DNA of 63,804 bases, filler included, from Octopus bimaculoides (Eukaryota), in NCBI RefSeq assembly GCF_001194135.2. It is 10 parts of 9 records of this genome, joined end to end, with 100 filler letters (N's around TTAATTAATTAA, not from the genome) between each part and the next. Parts side by side here need not be neighbours in the genome. Positions count along the whole stretch, not along the records: positions 50,661 to 58,616 come from NC_069003.1; positions 58,717 to 60,880 come from NW_026296454.1; positions 60,981 to 62,573 come from NC_068987.1; positions 62,674 to 63,804 come from NC_068999.1; 6 more parts are not named here. One strand, 5' to 3'. Shown in pieces: positions 52,351 through 63,804 of this stretch (position 1 is its first letter; each line of letters starts with the position of its first letter). The translations under genes were made by a program, and so were the position numbers. The notes below the pieces were generated by a model that saw only the letters and a list, made by a program, of their open reading frames with translations, was not told the DNA's origin and searched no databases.

Positions 52351-52994
52351 TATGTATGTGTGTGTGTGTGTGTATATATGTGTGTGTGTGTATTGTCATC
52401 CTTTCGAGCTCAGTAAAATCAGTACCAGTTAAGCACTGGGGTTCATGAAATTGCTGGCTTTGTGCCAAAATTGGGAATTCTATAATAATATCTGCGATCA
52501 CATTTGAACATCAGTTTCGAAAGATGAGGAATGAGTTTCTAGTTGTTGTTTTTGTGTTGTCTTGAGGGTGCATTCTACAGGTATCCATAAATTACCTTTT
52601 ATAATTTGAAAAACTCAGGAAAAAAAAAAATGGATAACACAGCTTATTTCATTGATAAATTCATAAACTTTTATTAGAACCATTACAACACGTTCACGTC
52701 GGCTCCACTGGTTGCCCTCAACACATCTAGACGATACGATACAATACAATAAATAATATATTGTTGTGCAGATAATTTACGAACTCTTCGTATAGAAGTA
52801 TATGTAGCTGTGCATATACAAGAAAGAGGCACTCGACTCCTTTTGTTGGAGTTACATGTATTATTAATGTCGCTTTGAATTGTGTCACTGTTATTAAATA
52901 ATAGATTTGTATGCATATAAATTCTGTATATGTGTGAGTGTGCGCGTACGTGTGTATTGTATTTTATATGTTTGTGTGTGTATGTGTGTGTGAG

Positions 52995-53025
<31 letters not shown>

Positions 53026-53219
53026 AGAATTCTAAAAAAAAAAAAAACAACGGACGAAGACAGGTGGTATAGAAAACAAACAGATGTATTAGTATAACGC
53101 TCGGGAATTGAGAAAGTCTTTAATGTTTCGAGCCTACGTTCTTTTACAGAAAGGAACACAAAGAAACAAGGAGAGAAAAAAATGTGTGTAGTGGTCAGCG
53201 ATCTGCCATGGCAAATGCC

Positions 53220-53259
<40 letters not shown>

Positions 53260-53294
53260 GTTATATTATGTATACATACATATACGCGCATATA

Positions 53295-53457
53295 GGCGCA
53301 GGCGTGGCTGTGTGGTAAGTAGTTTGCTTATCAACCCCATGGTTCCGGGTTCAGTCCTACTGCGTGGCACCTTGGGCAAGTGTCTTCTACTATAGCCTCG
53401 GGCCGACCAAAGCCTTGTGAGTGGATTTGGTAGACGGAAACTGAAAGAAGCCTGTTG
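53295..53457 (+). mobile_element. SINE family A head half
   Basis: GGCGCAGGCGTGGCTGTGTGGTAAG...GGAAACTGAAAGAAGCC. Confidence 0.9.
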
Positions 53458-53541
53458 TATATATGTATACATATATATGTGTGTGTGTGTATGCTTGTAT
53501 ATTATATGCATAGATACATGAATACACACACACACACGCAT

Positions 53542-53707
53542 ACGATGGGCTTCTTTCAGTTTCCGTCTACCAAATTCACTCACAAGGCTTTGGTCGGCCC
53601 CAGGCTATAGTAGATGGCACTTGCTCAATGTGTCGCGCAGTGGGATTTGAACCCGGAACCATGTGGTTTGAGAAGCAAGCTTCTTATCAAACAGCCACGA
53701 CTGCACC
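53542..53707 (-). mobile_element. SINE family A head half, inverted relative to the previous copy
   Basis: GGGCTTCTTTCAGTTTCCGTCTACC...ACAGCCACGACTGCACC. Confidence 0.9.
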
Positions 53708-54058
53708 TGGTTTCGTATATATGATTACCTGTAAATTTGCATGCAATACCTACAAATAGGAGTAATATGGAGAGAGAGAGAGAGGGAGAAAGAGAGAGAG
53801 AGAGAGAGCGATTTGAGTAACCAAGAAGACAGAAGAAAACAGGGAGACTATGGAAGAGCAACATAGGAAGAGAAAAGGAGCTAACGAGATAAGAAGCAAA
53901 ACGGATGAGAATGATAGCTGATAATCTGGTCTAGCTAATCTCGATGTTAATTCATTTGATCTATGTCTTGTGTGTCGCTAAAGCTGTTCTTTGCACAGTT
54001 GCAATGGCCGACTATTTGCGCCTTTCTTATTCTCTCTCTCGATTTTTCTGCCTCACTC

Positions 54059-54107
<49 letters not shown>

Positions 54108-54354
54108 ATCTTTCTCCCACTCTCTCCCTCTCTCTTGCGCTCTCAATGTCGTTGTTAATCATAGACTCACGTATTTCTGTATTTCGTGCCTGAACAAGTG
54201 CCTTAAGTTGTTTGGCTATGGTGTCGTTGAAACAAAATTACACTCAATTAGAAATTATATGCTCTCAACGTGTTTGCGATAATAGCGTAGCTACACCAAC
54301 TTACAGTCATGAGATCGAATCTGGTTAACGATTTCATAGATTTCTATTTTCTAT

Positions 54355-54745
54355 TTATTCATTTACTTGCTTCAGTCATTTGACTGTGGCCATGCCGGAG
54401 CACCGCCTTAGAGGGGTTTTAGTCGGACAAATCGACCTCAGGACTTATTTGTTGTAAGCCAAGTACTTATTCTATCATTATTCTTTGCCGAACCGCTAAG
54501 TTACAGAGATGTAAGCACACCAATATCGGTTGTGAAGGTGGGGGCACAAACACAGAAAAAGACATACACGCATAAATATATACATATATATACGACGGGC
54601 TTCTTTCAGTTTCCGTCTCCGAAATCCACTCATAAGGCTTTGGTCGGCCCGAGTCTACAATAGAAGACAAGATGCCAAGCAGTGGGAGTGAACCCTGAAC
54701 CATGTGGTTGTGAAGCAAGCTTCTTACCACACAGATACGCCTGCA
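54355..54745 (-). mobile_element. SINE family A, near full length
   Basis: All family A blocks present in reverse orientation. Confidence 0.9.
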
Positions 54746-54769
54746 CCATGATTTATAATTCTATAATCT

Positions 54770-54980
54770 TTTCTGTTACAAGCACAAAAGAATGTTCGTG
54801 GGAGGGGACTAGTGGACTTCATCGACCCCCATTTCTCAATTGGTACTTATTTTATCGATCCCCGAAAAGATGAAAACAAAGTCGTCCTCAGCGGAATTTG
54901 AGCTCAGATCGTGAAGACGGACGAAATTCCGTTACGCATTTTGTCCGGCCTGCTAACGGTTCTATCAGTCCGCCGCCTTA
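54770..54980 (-). mobile_element. SINE family D
   Basis: TATCGATCCCCGAAAAGATGAAAACAAAGTCGTCCTCAGCGGAATTTGAGCTCAG...TGCTAACGG...CGCCGCCTTA. Confidence 0.85.
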
Positions 54981-55109
54981 GATTTGTGATTCAGTAATAC
55001 TCGAAAATGGATTTGTTGTTATTGTTATTGTGAAGTTTCACAACTTATAAACCAGTGCTTTCCAAACGAGAAGCACTTGGCTGACGGGAGAAGAATTTCA
55101 AATCGCAAT

Positions 55110-55355
55110 GGGATAATATTTGGTTTCGAATTCTGCCACAAGGTCAGCAATTTTGGAGGCAGATGTAAGTCGATTACATCGATTTCAGTCATCAAATCGG
55201 TATTCATTTTATCGACTTCAAAAAGTTGAAAGGAATTTAAAAAAAAAAAAAAAAAAATTAAATACAACCGAATTTGAACTCAGAACGTAAAGACTAATGA
55301 AATACCTCTACGGATTTTTTTCCCCCGGTGTGCTAACGATTCTGCCAACTCGTTG
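55110..55355 (-). mobile_element. Degenerate SINE family D
   Basis: GTAAGTCGATTACATCGA...GAATTTGAACTCAGAACGTAAAGAC...GTGCTAACGATTCTGCCAACTCG. Confidence 0.8.
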
Positions 55356-56049
55356 CTTTNNNNNNNNNNNNNNNNNNNNNNNNNNNNNNNNNNNNNNNNN
55401 NNNNNNNNNNNNNNNNNNNNNNNNNNNNNNNNNNNNNNNNNNNNNNNNNNNNNNNNNNNNNNNNNNNNNNNNNNNNNNNNNNNNNNNNNNNNNNNNNNNN
55501 NNNNNNNNNNNNNNNNNNNNNNNNNNNNNNNNNNNNNNNNNNNNNNNNNNNNNNNNNNNNNNNNNNNNNNNNNNNNNNNNNNNNNNNNNNNNNNNNNNNN
55601 NNNNNNNNNNNNNNNNNNNNNNNNNNNNNNNNNNNNNNNNNNNNNNNNNNNNNNNNNNNNNNNNNNNNNNNNNNNNNNNNNNNNNNNNNNNNNNNNNNNN
55701 NNNNNNNNNNNNNNNNNNNNNNNNNNNNNNNNNNNNNNNNNNNNNNNNNNNNNNNNNNNNNNNNNNNNNNNNNNNNNNNNNNNNNNNNNNNNNNNNNNNN
55801 NNNNNNNNNNNNNNNNNNNNNNNNNNNNNNNNNNNNNNNNNNNNNNNNNNNNNNNNNNNNNNNNNNNNNNNNNNNNNNNNNNNNNNNNNNNNNNNNNNNN
55901 NNNNNNNNNNNNNNNNNNNNNNNNNNNNNNNNNNNNNNNNNNNNGTCCCTTGGCCTTGCACTAATCTCTGCGTCCAGTCTTACCTTACCAGAAAATCTAT
56001 CCCGTGGAACTCTATCTCCACACGTCTTTCCTGTATGTACGTATGTATC

Positions 56050-56285
56050 TGATTTCTTTATTGCCCACAAGGGGCTAAACATAGAGGGGACAAACAAGGA
56101 CAGACAAAGGGATTAAGTCGATTACATAGACATCAGTTTGTAACTGCTGGTACTTAATTTATCGATCCCGAAAGGATGAAAGGCAAAGTCGACCTCGGCG
56201 GAATTTGAACTCAGACCGTAGCGGCAGACGAAATACCGTTAAGCATTTCGCCCGGCGTGCTAACGACTCTGCCAGATTTCCGCCT

Positions 56286-56288
<3 letters not shown>
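56050..56288 (-). mobile_element. SINE family D variant with an alternative 3' tail
   Basis: Well-preserved body GAAAGGATGAAAGGCAAAGTCGACCTCGGCGGAATTTGAACTCAG. The 3' part is TTTCTTTATTGCCCACAAGGGGCTAAAC, not the GGCACAAGGCCTGAAATT tail of other copies. Confidence 0.9.
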
Positions 56289-56318
<30 letters not shown>

Positions 56319-57044
56319 GTCTGCCTGTCTGTCTGTCTGTATTTCTCTCTCTCTTTCTCCCTCTCCATTATCGCGTAAACGGCTCTCGTTACATTAACGG
56401 CGCAGTTGAAATATAGGTGAATGTTAATTCGGATAAATATTTATAGAGGGCTGCGCATTCGTGTGAAGCTTTGAATTAATCTATTACTTCTTTTAACTAG
56501 AGCTCATTAAAATTTATACTTTCATTAATTTGTTCCTGCTTGTCCTGCAGTGTATTGATTTCATTCAATGTGTATCTCTATCAACAAGTGTGTTGTATTG
56601 TATGCATTGTACACATGCCTGTGTATATGTGTGTGTTACGTGTGTATGTGTTACGTATGTGTGTGTGTGCTCACCACACGTTTTATTTGCCATACTCCAA
56701 GTTAAATTCATCTTCTGCAAAGTCCAGTCCGTGTTGCAATGCTGTGGCTCGCTTGCCGCAGTGACCCTTAGGACTACGTCAGCGGAGCGCAAGTTCTTGA
56801 TAAGGCCTCGTGGATTGAATAAAAGACAGAAGCCGGTTTAATAAGGATCATTTCTTGCCAGAGGTGAAAATGGGTTCGCATAGGGACAACACTCATCTGT
56901 AGAAATGAGTTGTGACATCACTGGTGCTACGCGGCATCAGCCTTCCTCCATGTTGGTATGCATGGGCGACTGCATAAACAACTTCATGACCGAAATGGGG
57001 GGAAGGGTCATCCTTTCACCTTTCATCCGGTTACCATGTCCAAT

Positions 57045-57400
57045 GACAAGTCGGCCCGAAGCTATAGAAGAAGGCACTTACGCAAGGTGCCACGCAGTGT
57101 GATTGAACCCGGAACCATATGGTCAGAAAGCAAACTTCTTACCACTACAGTAATTTGTTAGATATATGGCTAGAGTAATGTTAATTTCAAATTTTGGCAC
57201 AAGGCAAGCATGTTCGGTGGGTAGGGAATAAGTCGATTACATCGACCCCATTGCTTAACTGATACTTATTTTATCGAGTCCGAAAGGATGAAAGGCAAAG
57301 TCGACCTCGGTGGAAATTGAACTCAGAACAAGAAGATGGACGAAATGCCGCTAAGCTTTATCCTCGGCGTGCTAACAGTTCTGCCAGTTCACCGCCTTGT
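57045..57400 (-). mobile_element. SINE family A head fragment (57045-57150) plus SINE family D copy (57180-57400)
   Basis: GGTGCCACGCAGTGTGATTGAACCCGGAACCA; AAGTCGATTACATCGACCCC...GTGCTAACAGTTCTGCCAGTTCACCGCC. Confidence 0.85.
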
Positions 57401-57969
57401 ACTTTTAATGATACTGAAACTACCGGTAGTATATATATATATATATATAGACGATAAGAAAATGGAACGCTGACACTCGTTGATGCTGCATCGAAGAGGC
57501 CAGGGAATAGAAGAAAGAAGACATGCACCCAACACCAGAGCTGAAGACACCCCCGAAATTGGGCGCCACGTCAAAACGGTGGAGGAGTAGGTGCCGAAAC
57601 CGGACGTGGTACCTCCTGATGATGTCTTTAGCTAACTGGATCCTATAAAGGAGCTGTTGTGGTAGCAGACCACGAAACATGGTTGAAATTCCTCCTATGG
57701 ACGATAAGAAAATGGAATTAAATGGAATGATAAATTTAGAATATTTTCTTAGCCTTTTCTCATCCCTCGTCCATGTCACCGCAATATTCGAAGTCTTTGT
57801 GTTATACAGTGTATTCCGATAATAATACGCAATTCTAAAAGTTGACTCAAGAATTCAACGTTTTGCTACCAGAGAAACGAAATGAATATCTAAGCATTCT
57901 AAGTCTATTATGTTTTGTAATAAACAATATTATTTCGATTTATAAAAGAAGCAAAAGAACAAAATGTCT

Positions 57970-58152
57970 GAAAAACGAAAACAACTACTATAAGTTATAC
58001 GCAGCTCTAAGATAAAAGAAACGAAAAGCGAAAACGAAAAACAACTATGAGTAATATGGAGCTCTAAGTTAAAACAAATGAAAAACAAAAAATATGAAAA
58101 CGAAAAACAACATTGAGTTAGACAGAGCTGTAAGATAAAAGAAACGAAAAAC
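57970..58152 (+). repeat. Imperfect minisatellite, three units of about 60-66 bp
   Basis: GAAAA(A)CGAAAA(A)CAAC...AGCT(C/G)TAAG(A/T)TAAAA units start near 57970, 58030 and 58096. Confidence 0.75.
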
Positions 58153-58403
58153 AAATGTGATAAGTGGACACTGATTAACCGATGGAAACATCTCAACAAA
58201 TACATGAGAAGTTCCAGTATATATTTTATAGTTTCCTGTCTTATTTTTCTACTTTCGTTTTCGTGTTTTTTTTTCCACTGATGATCATCAACTCGTCATT
58301 CATAATGAACCGTCCAGAATATTTATTTGACAAGCTCTTGTTTGTTCCCGATTTGCATCAAGATTTATAAACAAGCTAATAACTGTAAGGCCTGGACAGA
58401 CTT

Positions 58404-58471
<68 letters not shown>

Positions 58472-58716
58472 CATGTATGTATGTATGTATGTATGTATAT
58501 AATTTTAGACAATATTCAGCTTCAGAGAAAATCTTATCAATCATTACAAATCTGAATTATTAAACGCCAAAAAATGAAATAGAAATAAGAATAAAGATAA
58601 ATAAATAAAAATGAAANNNNNNNNNNNNNNNNNNNNNNNNNNNNNNNNNNNNNNNNNNNNTTAATTAATTAANNNNNNNNNNNNNNNNNNNNNNNNNNNN
58701 NNNNNNNNNNNNNNNN

Positions 58717-58753
<37 letters not shown>

Positions 58754-59075
58754 TGCATGTGTGTGGTTGCATGTATAAAAATATTTTATATACATAATTA
58801 TATACTACTTATATTTGTAAACGTTTATATACCTATACCCTCTTATGTTTGTGTATGCATGCATGAAAATATTTTATATATACATACATACATACTCACT
58901 TGGATGTATGGGTATAAGCAAATACATGTATCTATGTATGTGCAGCTTTTCACCATTATATATATATATATATAAATGCATGTGTATATATTATAAATGT
59001 ACGTGCATGTATATTATATGTATTATATAATTTTATTTATGTGTGTGTATATCTATATATATATCTATATAAACG

Positions 59076-59117
<42 letters not shown>

Positions 59118-59721
59118 CATATAATGTATTATATAACGGTATATATTTATATAAAAATGTGACATAGAAATCCTGATTCAATATATTAAATTATATTTAT
59201 AAAATTCTGTGTGTGTGTATAACAGAGTATAATGAATTCACGATGGCTAAAATTAAGATTATTAATGTTGATACACGAATGCTGTTCGTTTTATCTCTCT
59301 CTCTCTCTCAGTCAGGAAAAATGGACTCGGATATATTACAATGTCATAAATACTATAATCAAATTGAAGAAAACGAATATTGAAGAAGAAAAAAAAACCC
59401 AAAAAACAATCTGTTTTTGAATAAATAATGCTTTTAATAATTGTCTTTGAATGTAGTATTATTTCTCAGACCTATTCAAATTGATTATTTCAATTAGTAA
59501 CATAGAACAGTGGCAAGAGTAAAGTCTTGTCTGTTGTCTTGTGATTGTTGCTTATATATGCACCTACATGTAAAAATGACGTTTTCCCAACTAATTCGTT
59601 TCTGATGTTTTGTTAGAAATAAGAATATCTCAATGGTTGTATTAAGAATATTTTGTCTATAGATTTGATGAAGTATATCAGAATATAACACAAAAATACA
59701 TACACACACACATATATATAT

Positions 59722-59753
<32 letters not shown>

Positions 59754-60052
59754 TTATACTTATGTGTATGTCTACGTACATATATGTACATGTATGTGAA
59801 TGCATATATGTGTGTGTGTGTATTACTATATATATATATATATTTATTTATTTATATATATATATTTATGTATATATATACGTCTATGTATGCACACAGA
59901 AATGTGTGTGCGTGTATATATGTATATATATTATATGTATTTGCGTAAGTATATACACTGATGCATATATGTGTATACATGAGTTAACATTTGTTTTATA
60001 CACACACACACGTGTTTGTGTGTATGTACGTATATATATATACATGCATATA

Positions 60053-60085
<33 letters not shown>

Positions 60086-60980
60086 GTGCTTTTATTAATG
60101 CATATATGTATATATAGGTTTCCATTAATGCATATGTTTGTATGTGGGTCTGTGAGTATGCATATGTTAAATGCATGTATATAGATCTCTTTTTGTATCT
60201 TTGTGTGTGTGTGTGTATATATATTCTTTGTATATGTATAGAAAATATATGTTTATAAAACATATATAGACAAGTCGTATGTATGTAGATATGTATGCGA
60301 ATATTCGTATAAGTATTTACCTGTGCGAACGTGTGTGTTTGAGTTTGCATATATATATATACATATATCTATGTATAGATAAATGTATGTGTTATATATA
60401 TATATATATACAAATGTCGGTATATATGTATATTTAAATATGTATATGCATATGAAGGTATATAAGTAATTATTTATATATGTGGTTGTGTGTGTATACA
60501 TGTGTTTATATGCATACATTTGTTTTGGTGTGCATGTATATATGTATTTGTACGTGTATTTCATCATCTTTTAAAGTCCTTGTACCATACTTGTATGGGT
60601 TGGACTTTGTACATATTTATATCTATGCCTCCGTATATCAACATATATGTATCCTTGTCTATATATATGTGTGTGTTTCTATATATATATATATGCATAT
60701 ACACTCACAATAGGCTTCATTTAGCTTCTTATCTCAAAATTCACACATCTTTGCTGGCCCGGAGCTATTGTAGAAAAAATTTGCTTGAGTTGCTTGACTA
60801 TGGGTGTGTGTGCCTTGTAGGTATATATGCATATATGTGTGGGTCTGTGTGTACCTATATATATATATATATATATATATNNNNNNNNNNNNNNNNNNNN
60901 NNNNNNNNNNNNNNNNNNNNNNNNTTAATTAATTAANNNNNNNNNNNNNNNNNNNNNNNNNNNNNNNNNNNNNNNNNNNN

Positions 60981-61018
<38 letters not shown>

Positions 61019-62342
61019 TCATGTAAAAGTCAAATTTTTTAGACTATTTTTTAAGGTCAAATTTATGGGGTCAATTATTACATGGATACTACTTTTGAGG
61101 GCTGAAATTCAAGCTAGAATCCAATGTACCATATCAGCAGAAGCCCAACTTATTTCTAAGTGAGTGAAAACAAAAACACAATGAATTACAGTAATAATCT
61201 TTTCTACTCTATGCATTAAAACACACATCCTGGTAAATAACAAAACCCATAAATGTGACTGTGTAGCTCTGATAAGCTGTTACCAGTAAATGTCCATATG
61301 GTGTAGCGTTGTTAATCTGGAGCAGGGATTCCCAAAGTGTGTTCTACAAAACCCCAGAGTTCTCTGAAAGTTATCAGGGGTTACACGCTTTTAAAAATAA
61401 TGTCAAAGGATTCCGTGACAAAAAAAGTTTGCAAACTACTGATCTAGCAATTAACTAAATGTTTTTAGGCTTACCAAAGTCATGCCTCTGTATGAATTCA
61501 TACAGTGGTGTTTGCTGTTATTTGCCAATAGTGCTATCTGTGAAACACATTTCTCACCATGTAAACAGACAAGTGTATAATGCATGTGTTTATTGTATTT
61601 GGATGCAAGGAAAATATAAGGTCACATGGGAACCACTCATCTAGGGATTAATTGAATGTTTTTAGGCTTACTAAATGGCGTTTGCCAGTGTTCGCCAATA
61701 GTGCAGTCTGTAAAACACGTTTCTCATCACATAAACAACAAATGTATGACATAGGTTTATTATACTTGAAGATGTATACAGGCTTGCAGCATATCCTGTG
61801 CATACATTTTAGTAATGGTGATGTAGCACCCAACAACAGATGTGTAGTGCTCACTATTAATTGGTATTTTACTATAAGCACCAAGCATTTCACCTATAGA
61901 GCAGGCTACAGTAAGGTAGCCACACAATTTTGTAACAATGTTATTTCTATGTACAGGATAATATGGTACCTTGACCTACAAATGTTGTTCTGTTGTTCAT
62001 GAAATACTAGGGACGACTTTTATATGGGGTCTATAGAAAATTTCCAATTTTTTGGCAAAAAATAGGGGGTCAACTTTTATATGAGATAGACTATTACTTG
62101 AGTATATATGGTATATACATATATATATATATGTATGTACACACACACATATATATATATAGTAAGAGGAGGGATATAATATCCAAGCAGATTCTGAATT
62201 TTTCTATGTAAAGTACCAAGGCATTTTATAAGTCTCTTTTAACTTGCATCTGATGTTACAGTTTTTTCTGGCTACTTAGATTGATAATAAAGAGAATGAA
62301 AAATTTGAACATTCAAACTTTATGTTTATTTACAGTTGGTTT

Positions 62343-62573
62343 CATCATCATCATCATCATCGTTTAACGTCCGCTTTCCATGCTAGCATGGGTTGGACGA
62401 TTTGACTGAGGACTGGTGAAACTGGATGGCAACACCAGGCTCCAGTCTGATTTGGCAGAGTTTCTACAGCTGGATGCCCTTCCTAACGCCAACCACTCAG
62501 AGAGTGTAGTGGGTGCTTTTACGTGTCACCCGCACGAAAACGGCCACGCTCGAAATGGTGTCTTTTATGTGCC
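62343..62573 (-). mobile_element. RTE-type 3' tail (LINE 3' UTR or RTE-dependent SINE)
   Basis: (CAT)nCGTTTAACGTCCGCTTTCCATGCTAGCATGGGTTGGACG...CAGCTGGATGCCCTTCCTAACGCCAAC, homologous to 29718-29890. Confidence 0.85.
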
Positions 62574-62721
62574 NNNNNNNNNNNNNNNNNNNNNNNNNNN
62601 NNNNNNNNNNNNNNNNNTTAATTAATTAANNNNNNNNNNNNNNNNNNNNNNNNNNNNNNNNNNNNNNNNNNNNAGAAGCTGAAGCAGTTGCGAATGAAAG
62701 TGCCCGCATGCGATGTGTTGT

Positions 62722-62770
<49 letters not shown>

Positions 62771-62910
62771 CTGCCTCATTAAAAGATGCTAAACACTCTT
62801 TTATGTATGGATGCATGAACGGATGAATGCGAATGTATATGATATAATTGTGGGTACGTTGGTGAGTCTGAGATGTGATTGCGACTTGTGTTTGCGTGTG
62901 TATATGTGTA

Positions 62911-62958
<48 letters not shown>

Positions 62959-63089
62959 AACACACACACAAAGAAAGGGTTGGAAGAAGTATATGAAATT
63001 TGCCGAGAATTAAACAAGAATTAATAGGTTTCATATTCTTGAAGATAGATTTGGTGATTTTCATGCCAATATTGATAATAAAAATATTG

Positions 63090-63095
63090 ATGATG

Positions 63096-63160
<65 letters not shown>
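63090..63160 (+). repeat. (AAT)n microsatellite
   Basis: Direct inspection. Confidence 0.95.
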
Positions 63161-63602
63161 CTTCTAACGTAGGCACATTAAATTTGGAGATGTGTANNNN
63201 NNNNNNGAGACGATTGTTAAAGACAACGTTGAACACGGCGGGATTCGAAAACTCCAACGCTGTATCGTGAAACATTATGTTATGTTCGACATTGTTTCTG
63301 TCAATCCAATAAATGTTTTCTGAAATCATGAAATTTCTTTAAAAAGAAAATTACAAATGGTATCCTGCATTACCTATGAGGAGTAGCGATACAACTGAAA
63401 GAAAATTTGCTTTAACCGGCATTATAAGAATGAAATAATGGTGGAGTAATGATGGTGGAGATGGTAGACGTAATGATGGTGATGATGGAGGTATTGATTT
63501 GTTGTCTGTGTAGTAATTGAACGGAAGGTGAGTGAATTGAAGAAATATGTTATAAAGTGTAGGCTAATAAAGTTTCGTTGGGTTTTGTTTGTTTTTCCGT
63601 AG

Positions 63603-63687
63603 CTAGATTCGAGCCTGGTTCCAAGAGATCCGTCGTGTTCAAGACAAAAGAGATTAATGTTGTGCTTGATAGAGACAAGATCTCTGA
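63603..63687 (+). CDS. Candidate internal coding exon of an unidentified host gene
   Basis: Strong acceptor TTTTGTTTGTTTTTCCGTAG and donor GA|GTGAGT. The open frame reads RFEPGSKRSVVFKTKEINVVLDRDKIS; no homology recognised. Confidence 0.35.
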
Positions 63688-63804
63688 GTGAGTTGTGAGT
63701 GAAAGTGGTTTGGTCTGGGTAACGAGCACGCACGCACACACATACACACACACGCACACATACATACATATAATTATCATATATATATATATATATATAT
63801 ATAT

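Noticed and set aside
62403-62420. CTGAGGA-CTGGT-GAAAC hammerhead-like core in the RTE tail
   Set aside because: No stem II can form, and the homologous copy at about 29770 lacks the motif.

Overview
AT-rich eukaryotic DNA from a draft assembly, with roughly 5-6 kb of N gaps and nine TTAATTAATTAA gap linkers. It is dominated by (TA)n, (CA)n, (TATG)n, (TC)n and (TAA)n microsatellites and by transposon debris. The SINE and LINE families match my recollection of coleoid cephalopod repeats, most likely Octopus; this is an inference, not a search result. No intact host gene can be supported, only a few candidate exons. Recognisable elements: several tRNA-derived SINE families in many copies; RLE-type non-LTR retrotransposon 3' ends stacked in (TAA)n and (CATA)n microsatellites; a Tx1/L1-like LINE; RTE and CR1 remnants; two Penelope-like (RT/GIY-YIG) remnants; and a degenerate mariner plus a mariner MITE. 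The most interesting signals are several minimal type I hammerhead-ribozyme-like motifs, one fused to a tRNA-type Pol III head (52147-52350); two independent microsatellite-targeted LINE arrays; and a SINE whose 3' tail matches the Tx1-like LINE in the same window. All alignments and folds were done by eye, and element boundaries are approximate.
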